Source: an uncultured Oscillospiraceae bacterium
Lineage (GTDB): Bacteria; Bacillota; Clostridia; Christensenellales; CAG-138
Direction: 5' to 3'
Length of the DNA: 64,000 nucleotides
Assembly: GCA_964474405.1 (NCBI GenBank)
Contig: CAYYUV010000001.1
Span: forward strand, 90,310-154,309
Part shown: positions 16,448-25,412 of the stretch, piece after piece
Numbering within the stretch: position 1 is the stretch's first letter
How the letters are laid out: each line of letters begins with the position of its first letter
The notes under the pieces: model-generated
Seen by the model: the letters and a program-made list of their open reading frames with translations, nothing else
What the model was told of the DNA's origin: nothing
Database searches by the model: none
Program-made: the position numbers and the translations under genes

Positions 16448-16555
16448 ATGATGCTCAACGTCCGTGCGTTGGGCATTTTTGTTGTCGTATCCATTCTGGT
16501 ACTGGTACTGATTAGCGTCCTGCTGCTTAGAACGGAACCGCCGAAAAAAGACTGA
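16448..16555 (+). promoter_or_regulatory. Candidate Val/Leu/Ile-rich leader ORF in the liv leader (35 codons from ATG-ATG; the ORF is open from 16316)
   Basis: MMLNVRALGIFVVVSILVLVLISVLLLRTEPPKKD*. Fifteen of the 18 codons at 16475-16528 are Val/Leu/Ile, with no Ala or Gly. No clear SD, hence the low confidence. Confidence 0.35.
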
Positions 16556-16591
16556 CGGCTTGTGCTGAAAGATCGCGGCGGTTCCGAAAAC

Positions 16592-16612
16592 AAACGGGGT
16601 CGCCGTTTTTTT
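16592..16612 (+). terminator. Weak terminator/attenuator hairpin just upstream of livJ
   Basis: AAACGG-GGTCG-CCGTTT followed by a run of seven T (16606-16612). It is preceded by the 10-bp long-range stem GGAACCGCCG (16534-16543) / CGGCGGTTCC (16576-16585). Confidence 0.45.
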
Positions 16613-16644
16613 ATACAATAAAACAAATCGGGAGGGTATTTTCC

Positions 16645-17844
16645 ATGAAAAAAGTAGTATGTCTTTTGCTCGCAGTAGGTGTGATGATGTTCGCGTTTGC
16701 ATGCGCGCCGGCCGACAAGACCGATGCCTCCGGCGCCGATGCAGCAAGCGCCATCAACGTGGGCGTGCTCGCGCCCCTGACCGGCGCGGTCGCCGAGTAC
16801 GGCAACGCGGTCGCCAACGGCGCGATCATGTATCTGGATGAAGTCAATGCCGCTGGCGGCATCAACGGCAAGCAGATCAACATCGTTAAATATGACGAGG
16901 AGGGCGACCCGGTCAAGGCCGTTACGGGATACAATGCGCTGGTCGATTCCGGCGTGACCGCCATCATCGGCGACGTTACCACCGCGCCCACCGTTGCGGT
17001 CGTGGCCGAATCACAGGCCGACAACATGCCCATGATCACCGCGTCTGCCACGGCGGCGTCCGTCACCTGCCAGATGAACGATGACGGCAGCGTGGCCTCG
17101 GTCTATGGCAACATGTTCCGCTCCTGCTTCATCGATCCGTTCCAGGGCAGCAAGATGGCAACCTTTGCCGCCAATGAGCTGGGCGCCAAGAAGGCCGCCA
17201 TTCTCTACAACATCGGCTCCGACTATTCCACCGGCCTGTCCGATGCGTTCCAAAAGACGGCCGCGGAGCTTGGCATGGAGGTTGTTTCGGTCGAGAGCTA
17301 TGCCGACGGTGCGGTTGATTTTCAGAGTCAGCTGACCAATATCGCCGCCGCATCGCCCGACGTGCTGTTTGTCCCCGATTATTACAGCACCATCGCGCTG
17401 GTCGCACAGCAGGCGTCCTCCGCAGGCGTTTCGGCCACCATGCTCGGCGCGGACGGCTGGGATACGGTTCTGGACGTTGTGACCGATTCGGCGCTGCTTG
17501 AGAACGCATATTACTGCTCCGGTTACTCCACGCAGGACGACAGCGAAGCGGTGCAGACCTTTGTCAAAAACTATGAGGAGAAATTCGGTTCCTCGCCCAG
17601 CATGTTCGCTGCACAGGGCTACGATGCGGCCATGATCCTCTGTGCTGCCATTGCGGAAGCTGAGAAGACCGGCGAAGCCGCCGGCAGCGACGCCTACAAG
17701 CAGGCCGTCATCGACGCCATGCGCGCGACCGATATGGACTGCGTGACGGGGCACGTCACCTATGACGAGTTCAACAACCCGGAGAAGACCGCGGCGATCA
17801 TCCACATCACCTCCGGCAAGGCACAGTTCTGGGGCAAATACTAA
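16645..17844 (+). CDS. livJ: Branched-chain amino acid ABC transporter substrate-binding lipoprotein
   Basis: Lipobox LLAVGVMMFAFAC. LivJ/LivK-type periplasmic binding fold pattern (INVGVLAPLTGAVAEYG...). GGGAGGG RBS. Confidence 0.93.
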   Translation: MKKVVCLLLAVGVMMFAFACAPADKTDASGADAASAINVGVLAPLTGAVAEYGNAVANGAIMYLDEVNAAGGINGKQINIVKYDEEGDPVKAVTGYNALVDSGVTAIIGDVTTAPTVAVVAESQADNMPMITASATAASVTCQMNDDGSVASVYGNMFRSCFIDPFQGSKMATFAANELGAKKAAILYNIGSDYSTGLSDAFQKTAAELGMEVVSVESYADGAVDFQSQLTNIAAASPDVLFVPDYYSTIALVAQQASSAGVSATMLGADGWDTVLDVVTDSALLENAYYCSGYSTQDDSEAVQTFVKNYEEKFGSSPSMFAAQGYDAAMILCAAIAEAEKTGEAAGSDAYKQAVIDAMRATDMDCVTGHVTYDEFNNPEKTAAIIHITSGKAQFWGKY

Positions 17845-17862
17845 GAAATGAAGTAAGGAAAT

Positions 17863-18741
17863 ATGCTGTTTCTATCGCAATTGATCAACGGCCTGCAGCT
17901 TGGCAGCATCTATGCGCTGGTGGCGCTGGGGTACAGTATGGTGTACGGCATCATCCTGCTGCTGAACTTTGCGCACGGCGACGTGATCATGATCGGCGGA
18001 TACATCGCATTGCTCACCATAGGCGCGGGGGTTCACCCCGCGCTTGCGGTGGTCATTACCGTCGTGGGCTGCATGGTGTTGGCCGTGGTGATCGAAAAGG
18101 TCGCCTATCGGCCGCTTAGGAGCGCGCCGCGCATCTCCCTGCTCATTACCGCCATCGGCGTGTCGCTGCTGCTGCAAAACCTGGCACAGCTTGTTTTCAC
18201 AGCGGACGCCCGCGCGTTTCCGAGCACCAAGATCATCCCGGCCATCACATACGGCATCGGCGGGCTGTCCATCAGCCTGAGCACCATCGTAACCATCCTG
18301 ATCTCGGTTGTGGCCATGGTGGCCCTGACGCTGCTTGTCCAAAAGACACGCGTCGGCACCGCCATGCGCGCCGTGTCGGAGGATACCGGTGCGGCACAGC
18401 TGATGGGCATCAACATCAACCGCATCATAACCTTCACGTTCGCCATCGGTTCGGCGCTTGCGGGCATCGGCTCGATCCTGTATTGCTGCCGCTATCCGAT
18501 TGTCAATCCTACGATGGGCTCGCTGCTCGGGCTGAAGGCGTTTGTCGCGGCGGTGCTGGGCGGCATCGGCTCGATCCCCGGCGCGGTGATCGGCGGATTT
18601 GCCATCGGGCTTGCCGAGGTTCTGGTTACGGCGCTCGGCCTGTCCGCGTGGACGGATGCCGTCGTGTTCGGCATTCTGATTGTCGTGCTTTTGATCAAGC
18701 CCACGGGCTTCCTTGGCCGCAGCATGGCCGAAAAAGTATGA
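17863..18741 (+). CDS. livH: Branched-chain amino acid ABC transporter permease
   Basis: Typical LivH start, MLFLSQLINGLQLGSIYALVALGYSMVYG. Confidence 0.95.
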   Translation: MLFLSQLINGLQLGSIYALVALGYSMVYGIILLLNFAHGDVIMIGGYIALLTIGAGVHPALAVVITVVGCMVLAVVIEKVAYRPLRSAPRISLLITAIGVSLLLQNLAQLVFTADARAFPSTKIIPAITYGIGGLSISLSTIVTILISVVAMVALTLLVQKTRVGTAMRAVSEDTGAAQLMGININRIITFTFAIGSALAGIGSILYCCRYPIVNPTMGSLLGLKAFVAAVLGGIGSIPGAVIGGFAIGLAEVLVTALGLSAWTDAVVFGILIVVLLIKPTGFLGRSMAEKV

Positions 18742-18763
18742 TGGAGAGGGGAGAGAAGAAAGC

Positions 18764-19774
18764 ATGAAACAGGAAAAGAAGATCCCTCTCTGGCTTCGGT
18801 ATCTCATCAATGCGGCGGTTCTTGCCGCGCTTGTCGTCGGCGGCAACGCGCTGATCGAGTCCGGCGCTACGACGCGCGCGCAGAGCTCCGTCATATTGCA
18901 GGTCGGCATCTATATCCTGCTTGCGGTCTCGCTGAACATCGTCACCGGCTATCTTGGTCAGCTTCCGCTCGGGCATGCGGGCTTCATGGCCGTCGGCGCC
19001 TATACCGCCGCGATCGTATGGAAGGCGCTGCCGTTATCGGGTGTAGGCGCGATTGTGATCGGGCTGCTGGCAGGCGGTGTCATGGCGGCCGTGTTCGGCG
19101 TCGTGATCGGCATTCCGGCGCTGCGGCTCCGGGGCGATTATCTGGCCATCATTACGCTGGGCTTTGGCGAGATCATCCGTGTGTGCATCATCAATTTGTC
19201 CGGGATCACCGGCGGCACGCCGGGGCTGATGAGCATTCCGAAGTATTCGTCGTTTATCGCGGTCTATGTCACGGTCATCATCTCATGCATCCTGATCCAT
19301 ACCATGATGAAATCGCGCCATGGCCGTGCGATCCTCGCAATCCGCGAGAATGAGATCGCGGCAGAGGCCAGCGGCGTCAACACGACCTACTATAAGGTCA
19401 TGGCGTTCGCAGTCAGCGCATTTTTTGCGGGGGTCGCCGGCGCTTTGTACGCGGGCTTTACCGGCATTCTGACGCCGAACAATTTCAATTTTATGGCGTC
19501 GATCAACATTCTTGTCATGGTCGTTCTGGGCGGCCTCGGGTCGATGATGGGCTCCGTCATCGCGGCGAGCATCCTCACGGCGCTGCCGCTCGCCCTCCAA
19601 TCGTTTAATAAGTATCGCATGGTGGTCTATGCGGTGCTGCTGATTGTGGTGATGATCTTCAAACCCTCCGGGCTGTTCGGACGGTATGATTTTTCCTTAA
19701 GCCGCATCCTTGAAAAGCTTATCAACGGACAGCTCTTCGTCCGCAAACGGAAGGCAGGTGAGAAGAATGGATAA
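18764..19774 (+). CDS. livM: Branched-chain amino acid ABC transporter permease
   Basis: LivM pattern (LNIVTGYLGQLPLGHAGFMAVGAYT). ATG 18764 follows GAGAGGGGAGAG. Confidence 0.95.
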   Translation: MKQEKKIPLWLRYLINAAVLAALVVGGNALIESGATTRAQSSVILQVGIYILLAVSLNIVTGYLGQLPLGHAGFMAVGAYTAAIVWKALPLSGVGAIVIGLLAGGVMAAVFGVVIGIPALRLRGDYLAIITLGFGEIIRVCIINLSGITGGTPGLMSIPKYSSFIAVYVTVIISCILIHTMMKSRHGRAILAIRENEIAAEASGVNTTYYKVMAFAVSAFFAGVAGALYAGFTGILTPNNFNFMASINILVMVVLGGLGSMMGSVIAASILTALPLALQSFNKYRMVVYAVLLIVVMIFKPSGLFGRYDFSLSRILEKLINGQLFVRKRKAGEKNG

Positions 19775-20600
19775 GATGGTACCGCTGGACGGTCTCGGCA
19801 TCATTCCCGAGCGCGACGCCGGCCGGCCGCCGATTCTGGACATTCGGCATCTGTGCGTGGACTTTGGGGGACTGCGCGCCGTCGATGATTTTACGCTTTT
19901 GATCGGCCGCACCGAGATCGCCGGGCTCATCGGGCCGAACGGCGCGGGCAAAACCACCGTCTTTAATCTGCTGACCAATGTGTACAAGCCCACAAAGGGT
20001 CGCATTCTGCTGGACGGCGTGGATACGCGCGGCAAAAAGATGCACGCGCTTAACCGGCTCGGCATCGCCCGCACCTTTCAGAATATCCGGCTGTTTGCCG
20101 GGCTTTCGGTAGAGGACAACGTCAAGATCGGCATGCATAATCACGATCGGTGCTCCCTTGCCGAGGCCATGCTGCGCCTGCCCCGCTGGTGGAGCGACGA
20201 AAGAAGCGCGCATGACCGCGCGCTGGAGCTGCTGTCCCTGTTCGACATGCAGGACATGGCGCCGCTGATGGCTGGCAATCTGCCCTACGGCGCGCAGCGG
20301 CGGCTCGAGATTGTGCGTGCGCTCGCGTCCGGGCCCAAGCTGCTGCTTCTGGATGAGCCGGCCGCGGGCATGAACCCGTCCGAGACGCATGAGCTGATGG
20401 AGAACATCCTCAAGATCCGCGACACGTTCGGGATCTCGGTTATGCTGATCGAGCATGACATGAATCTGGTCATGGGGATTTGTGAGGGCATTGCGGTGCT
20501 GAATTACGGGAAGATCATCGCCAAGGGCACGCCCGCCGAGATCAAGCACAACCCCATCGTCATTGAGGCTTATCTCGGAGAGGAGGACGCCGATGCTTGA
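19767..20600 (+). CDS. livG: Branched-chain amino acid ABC transporter ATP-binding protein
   Basis: Walker A GPNGAGKTT, signature YGAQRRLEI, Walker B LLLLDEP. The start overlaps the livM stop. Confidence 0.95.
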   Translation: MDKMVPLDGLGIIPERDAGRPPILDIRHLCVDFGGLRAVDDFTLLIGRTEIAGLIGPNGAGKTTVFNLLTNVYKPTKGRILLDGVDTRGKKMHALNRLGIARTFQNIRLFAGLSVEDNVKIGMHNHDRCSLAEAMLRLPRWWSDERSAHDRALELLSLFDMQDMAPLMAGNLPYGAQRRLEIVRALASGPKLLLLDEPAAGMNPSETHELMENILKIRDTFGISVMLIEHDMNLVMGICEGIAVLNYGKIIAKGTPAEIKHNPIVIEAYLGEEDADA

Positions 20601-21291
20601 GGTCAAGGGACTGAACGTATATTACGATAACATCCGCGCGATCAAGGACGTGTCGTTCTCCGTCCATGAGGGGGAGATCATGACGCTGATCGGCGCAAAC
20701 GGCGCGGGAAAGACCACGACGCTTCTGACGCTGTCCGGGCTGAAAAAAGCGCAGAGCGGCGAGATCCGCTTCTTGGGGCGCGACATCACACACATGTCGC
20801 CGCAGGCGCGCGTGGCGCTGGGCATCTCCCAATCGCCGGAGGGACGCCGTGTTTTTCCGCGATTGACCGTCATGGAGAATCTTGAAATGGGCGCATATCT
20901 GCGCCGGGACGATATCCGTGCGGATCTTGAGAAGGTCTTTTCCTATTTTCCGGTGTTGCAGGAGCGGAAAAGGCAGCCCGCGGGTACGCTGTCCGGCGGT
21001 GAGCAGCAGATGCTGGCGATTGGCCGCGCCTTGATGAGCCGGCCGAAGCTGATGCTGCTGGATGAACCGTCGATGGGGCTTTCGCCATTGCTGGTGTCAA
21101 GCATCTTCTCGATCATCCGCATGCTCAATGAAAACGGAACCACCATCCTGCTGGTGGAGCAGAACGCCGCGCAGGCGCTCAAGATCGCCGACAGCGCGTG
21201 TGTCATGGAAACGGGACGCATCGTCCTGTCCGGCACCGGCGCCGAGTTGTCCAGCAGCGACGCCGTACGAGAGGCGTATTTGGGCGGATAA
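20593..21291 (+). CDS. livF: Branched-chain amino acid ABC transporter ATP-binding protein
   Basis: Walker A GANGAGKTT, signature LSGGEQQML, Walker B LMLLDEPS. AGGAGG RBS. The start overlaps the livG stop. Confidence 0.95.
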   Translation: MLEVKGLNVYYDNIRAIKDVSFSVHEGEIMTLIGANGAGKTTTLLTLSGLKKAQSGEIRFLGRDITHMSPQARVALGISQSPEGRRVFPRLTVMENLEMGAYLRRDDIRADLEKVFSYFPVLQERKRQPAGTLSGGEQQMLAIGRALMSRPKLMLLDEPSMGLSPLLVSSIFSIIRMLNENGTTILLVEQNAAQALKIADSACVMETGRIVLSGTGAELSSSDAVREAYLGG

Positions 21292-21381
21292 ACCCGGCTT
21301 CGGCATATCTCGGAAAAAATCACCAGGCGCATCTGGCGAGTTTGCCCGGCGGGGGAGACGGTTCGGACATTATGGTATAGA

Positions 21382-21420
21382 AAACGGGCGGGAGCACAGC
21401 GCTTCCGCCCGTTTGTCATT
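21382..21420. terminator. Terminator after livF (bidirectional with the convergent lipoprotein gene)
   Basis: 14-bp stem AAACGGGCGGGAGC/GCTTCCGCCCGTTT (one G-U pair) with A and T runs on the flanks. Confidence 0.7.
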
Positions 21421-21510
21421 TGTTGCCGTATCTGCATGTGCCGCGTGCGGCTCATCCGATGTTCGCGGTTTATTCTCGCGGCAACGGCCTTTTGTATGCA
21501 GACGCCGCCC

Positions 21511-22941
21511 TCAGCCTGCCGGCTTGGCGGGCACTGCGCTTTCCGCGTCGGAGAACCCCAGGATCAGCGCGACCGAAGCGCCGTTGATGCCGCGTCCCTC
21601 GCTGCCGTCCTCACATCCGGTATACAGAAGCCGGACTGTCTCGCCGGTTTCGAGCAGAAAATCACAGTAGGACAGGTTATCCGATGCTGTCGGCGTCAGC
21701 ACGGTGCCGGAGGTCAGCGTATACGCCGTGATGTCGCGCTCCGTCACCAGCAGCGCGGGTACATCAGCAAGCACGGTCAGGCTGCCATTCCCGTTTTTTG
21801 CGTCCTTGGGCGCGATCGGCCGGTAAAGATCATCGGTTTGCACGAGCCGCCCGGAGGCAATGCGGTAATTAGCCTCTGCCAGCCAAACATCCTCGATTGT
21901 GATAACTGTCTCAAGCGTCAGCGTCCATTTGCCGACGGCTTGCACCTTGCCGGGCACGGACGCAATCAGCTGTGGCATCCCTCCCGCGTAGGAAAGCAGC
22001 GTTACGCAGGCTCCGTCCGCGATCTGCCCGGTCAGCAGCAGAACGGGCGCGCCCGTAATGCGGTCTGTCAGCGTCAGCGTCGCGTCCATCGCGTCAATGG
22101 TGCAGCCCGTGAGGCACAGCACGCCCTGTGTCCCGTCGGCGCGCTGCACGGCGATGCCGCAATACGACAGCGTATCCGCCGCCGCGTAGGTGCGCACGGT
22201 TTCCCGTGTGCCGCACCGGTCCAGATCGCACACGCTCTGCTGCGTCGCCGGGGGCTGCTGCCCCGGTGTAAAGATTCCCGTTTCCACGGCTTCCGCATCG
22301 ACAAATACGATCGCGCCGTCGCGCAGTGCGGCAATCGCAGCGCCGCTGCGCTGCGGCAGCCCGTCGGACAGATCCCAAAGGAGCAATCCGTTTTCGAGCC
22401 GCAACATGGAGAACGTTCCGTTTGTTTCCTCCATGATCAGCTCCTGCCTTCCGACGCCGTCCTTTGCGTCCGATACGAGCAGCAGCACACGCGAAATTTC
22501 GCCCAGCGGGAACGTGCTGTCACACAGGCCGGTGCCGCCCGCTTCATAGGCAATGCGCACGCCAGAGGCGTTGACACGGCTGAAGGTGAGCACCTCGTTC
22601 TCGCCGTCGCCATCCAAATCAAACGGGATGGCGGCGCCCGCATCCTCATCCCAACCGGTTTCGCCCTCACAGAGGACGATCAAACCCGTTTCCGTTACCG
22701 GATACCCCTGTATGGGCGTTGGCGTGGGCACGGGCGATGGCGTGGGCTCCTGCGTGGGTTCCTGCGTGGGCGTCGCGGTCGGCGCCTTGGTTTTGGGCGC
22801 GGCGGTAGCCTGATTGACGGGCTTGGCTGTTGCCGTCGGGATCGGCGTCGGCGCGGCCAGCGCGTTCAATATCTCCTCTTCGCTGCAGCCGAGAAAGAGC
22901 AGCAGCACGGCAAGCAGGATGACAATAGCAATCCGTTTCAT
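21511..22941 (-). CDS. Orphan secreted lipoprotein with Thr/Pro-rich linker
   Basis: Lipobox LLLFLGC, a TP-rich linker, and a possible Ca-binding FDLDGDGENE loop. No recognisable enzymatic motif. Confidence 0.8.
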   Translation of the reverse strand: MKRIAIVILLAVLLLFLGCSEEEILNALAAPTPIPTATAKPVNQATAAPKTKAPTATPTQEPTQEPTPSPVPTPTPIQGYPVTETGLIVLCEGETGWDEDAGAAIPFDLDGDGENEVLTFSRVNASGVRIAYEAGGTGLCDSTFPLGEISRVLLLVSDAKDGVGRQELIMEETNGTFSMLRLENGLLLWDLSDGLPQRSGAAIAALRDGAIVFVDAEAVETGIFTPGQQPPATQQSVCDLDRCGTRETVRTYAAADTLSYCGIAVQRADGTQGVLCLTGCTIDAMDATLTLTDRITGAPVLLLTGQIADGACVTLLSYAGGMPQLIASVPGKVQAVGKWTLTLETVITIEDVWLAEANYRIASGRLVQTDDLYRPIAPKDAKNGNGSLTVLADVPALLVTERDITAYTLTSGTVLTPTASDNLSYCDFLLETGETVRLLYTGCEDGSEGRGINGASVALILGFSDAESAVPAKPAG

Positions 22942-23103
22942 CGGGGGTATCCATCCTTTCCGGGATCGTTTTTCTTCATCCTATCACATCCCCCCCTCGG
23001 TGACAAGCGTGCAACAATGGGGCTTTCCGTTTCTTGTTGCGCGTGATAGAATCAGAAGTGTCTGATTCTGCTGCAAAAATGTGGCGGAAGGGAGGCGGGG
23101 AAT

Positions 23104-23640
23104 ATGCGCATTGCGGTCATCGGCTTTTGCGGCGCGGGCAAGTCTACGCTCTCCGCCGCGCTTTCCGCGCTGTACGGCTGCCCGCTGCTGCATCTGGATC
23201 GGGTGCAGTTTTCGACAGGGTGGACGGAAAGGGACACGGACGCCAAGCGGGCTGACGTGCGCGCGTTTTTGGATCGGCACGCCGACTGGGTTATAGACGG
23301 CAACTACAGCCTGCTGTATCGCGAGGAACGGTTTGATCTGGCGGATCAGATTATCTTTCTTGATTATCCCCGTTTCCGGTGTCTGTTCCGTGTTATTAGG
23401 CGCTATTTTCGTTATCGTGGCACGACCCGCGCTGATGTGGCGGACGGCTGTCCGGAGCGCATAGACGCTGCGTTTGTCCGCTGGATTCTGTGGGAAGGCC
23501 GCACAAAGGAAAAATTGGATGGGTATCGGCGGGCAGAGGCGGCGCATCCGGCGAAGTTTGTCCGGCTTAGTTGCGACCGTACGGTACGAAACTACATAAA
23601 AAAACAGGAGGATGCAATCCATGGAACCGCTGGTGTATGA
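23104..23640 (+). CDS. P-loop NTPase, topology-modulation (FlaR)/adenylate-kinase-like
   Basis: MRIAVIGFCGAGKSTLS Walker A. The size and pattern match the topology modulation protein family. Confidence 0.8.
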   Translation: MRIAVIGFCGAGKSTLSAALSALYGCPLLHLDRVQFSTGWTERDTDAKRADVRAFLDRHADWVIDGNYSLLYREERFDLADQIIFLDYPRFRCLFRVIRRYFRYRGTTRADVADGCPERIDAAFVRWILWEGRTKEKLDGYRRAEAAHPAKFVRLSCDRTVRNYIKKQEDAIHGTAGV

Positions 23641-24610
23641 GGTTCGCGGCCAGGTGCTGGATTTGATCCATGCCGGGCATCTGTGTGTGGTGGATGAGCG
23701 CGGCAACACGGTGTTCTCGGCAGGCGAGCCGGACACGATGGCGTATTTTCGATCTTCATCCAAACCGATTCAGGTGCTGCCCGTGATCGCTGCCGGGCTG
23801 GATCTATCATACGGCATCACGGAGGAGGAGAGCGCGATCTTTGCCGCCTCACATCTGGGCGAGCCGTTTCATATCCGTGCGCTTGAGAGCATTTTTCAAA
23901 AAGCGGGACTGTGTGAGGATCAGCTTGTCATGGATCCGGCAGCGCCGGCGGCCGTGTCCGCCAACGAGGAGCGGCTGCGTGCCGGGCTGCCAAAGAGAAA
24001 GCTTTATCATAACTGTTCCGGCAAGCATGCAGCGCTCATGCTTCGTCAGCGGGCGCTTGGCGGCGAGGTGTCGGATTATTGGCGCATGGATGCGCCCGTT
24101 CAGCGCGAGGTGATGCGCGTTATGTCCGTGGTTAGCGAGACCCGCGAGATCGAGCGCGGCGTCGATGGCTGCGGCGTGCCGGTGTTTGCCACTCCGCTGA
24201 AAAACATCGCTGTCGCGTTTAAAAACTTAGCTTGCCCGGAGCAAATTCGGGAGGATTCCCTGGCGGAGGCGGCAGCAAATTATATACCGCGCATGCATGA
24301 TTATCCGCTTATGATCAGCGGAACCGGACGGCTTTGCTCCCTGCTCAACGCAGATCCCGATATCGTCGCAAAGGGTGGTGCCAACGGCATGTACGCCTTC
24401 GGACTCAAGAAGGAACGCCTGGGCGTTGCGTGTAAGGTGACGGACGGAACCAGCTCCTGCTTCCCGTTGATCGTATGGACGGTGCTGGAAGGGCTTGGCT
24501 GCCTGTCCGAGCAGACGCGCGCGGCTCTCCTGACGCTGGAACCCACGCAGGTATATAACGACAACCGTTTGATCGTTGGGGAGAAGAAGCCCGCGTTTCA
24601 TATCGGCTAG
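23621..24610 (+). CDS. Asparaginase family protein (PF06089-type L-asparaginase II)
   Basis: FRSSSKPIQ and NCSGKHAAML motifs. AGGAGG lies 9 nt before ATG 23621. Confidence 0.9.
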   Translation: MEPLVYEVRGQVLDLIHAGHLCVVDERGNTVFSAGEPDTMAYFRSSSKPIQVLPVIAAGLDLSYGITEEESAIFAASHLGEPFHIRALESIFQKAGLCEDQLVMDPAAPAAVSANEERLRAGLPKRKLYHNCSGKHAALMLRQRALGGEVSDYWRMDAPVQREVMRVMSVVSETREIERGVDGCGVPVFATPLKNIAVAFKNLACPEQIREDSLAEAAANYIPRMHDYPLMISGTGRLCSLLNADPDIVAKGGANGMYAFGLKKERLGVACKVTDGTSSCFPLIVWTVLEGLGCLSEQTRAALLTLEPTQVYNDNRLIVGEKKPAFHIG

Positions 24611-24754
24611 GCGAAACCCGTCCGGAATAGTCCTAGGATGGGGCAGCGGCGAAAACCGTGACGCAACGAAAAAAAGAACCGATCCGACCGTTCAAAACCC
24701 CGTTCTGCCGCTTGATTTGATTATGAATAATTATTTGATAAAATAACGAAAAGA

Positions 24755-25402
24755 TTAGGAATTGTAAGAAAATAATTGCTGCATAACGATGTATAAATCC
24801 GTTCCCGCTGTCTGCGCCTCCGCACGCACACGGGCAAGCAACCCGGGAGCTGCCGCCACATAGCAGACCTGTGCCGCCGCAACATCCAGCCCGGCGGGAC
24901 AGGCATCGCTGTCCTTTCCAAAGCGGATTGTTACTTCATCGCATACCGCACGAAACAACTCACCAAGCAGTTGCGACATGGCAGAGGCTTCGGCAAAGAG
25001 CAACCGGGCGATGGTTCTTGTGCGGGGGCAGGATTGCCGGTGACGCACAGCAAGCCCGTAAAGCGGCGCGCAGGCGACCCCTTCCCCGATCAGCAGGATA
25101 TCCTCATAAAACCGCGGCAGCGGCGTTCCACACGGTCCCTCGACGGCAATGGCTTCACCCGGTGAAAGGCTTGCAAGCGCGTGGCATATCTCATGCTCCG
25201 TTGTGAATAAAAAGGAGGATATACCGTGCTGTTCATCCGTATAGAACAGCGGTATATCTGCATATTCTTTTTTGCTATTCATCACATTTGGATACAGGCG
25301 GCAGCTTTGCCCCGGCTCTCCCACCGGAAGCCCGCAAACAGACAGCAGGCAGGCGCTGTGCCCGATTGGATCGACAGAGGTGATGACAGGTCGACATTCC
25401 AT
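24755..25402 (-). CDS. PyrK/FNR-like oxidoreductase-fold protein, apparently lacking the C-terminal Fe-S region
   Basis: GPCGTPL and LLIGEGVACAPL resemble the NAD(P)-binding part of PyrK-like proteins. The gene starts 10 nt after the IMPDH-family stop. Its 3' end runs into an AT-rich patch. Confidence 0.5.
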   Translation of the reverse strand: MECRPVITSVDPIGHSACLLSVCGLPVGEPGQSCRLYPNVMNSKKEYADIPLFYTDEQHGISSFLFTTEHEICHALASLSPGEAIAVEGPCGTPLPRFYEDILLIGEGVACAPLYGLAVRHRQSCPRTRTIARLLFAEASAMSQLLGELFRAVCDEVTIRFGKDSDACPAGLDVAAAQVCYVAAAPGLLARVRAEAQTAGTDLYIVMQQLFSYNS

Positions 25403-25412
25403 AGGGGCCTCG

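Noticed and set aside
16316-16555. 79-aa ORF as an ordinary protein-coding gene
   Set aside because: No SD precedes ATG 16316 and the N-terminal half has no coding signature. Only the hydrophobic C-terminal part is discussed, as a possible leader ORF or small membrane peptide at low confidence.
16296-16644. T-box riboswitch in the liv leader
   Set aside because: I could not find the conserved T-box sequence (..GGUGGUACCGCG..), an AGAGA/GA-motif stem I or a specifier-loop arrangement. TGGTAC occurs only as part of the CTGGTA codon repeat.
23049-23068. 8-bp perfect inverted repeat GAATCAGA-AGTG-TCTGATTC between the lipoprotein gene and the P-loop NTPase gene
   Set aside because: It is a short isolated hairpin with no U-tract and no second copy that I could find. 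That is insufficient to call an operator or terminator.
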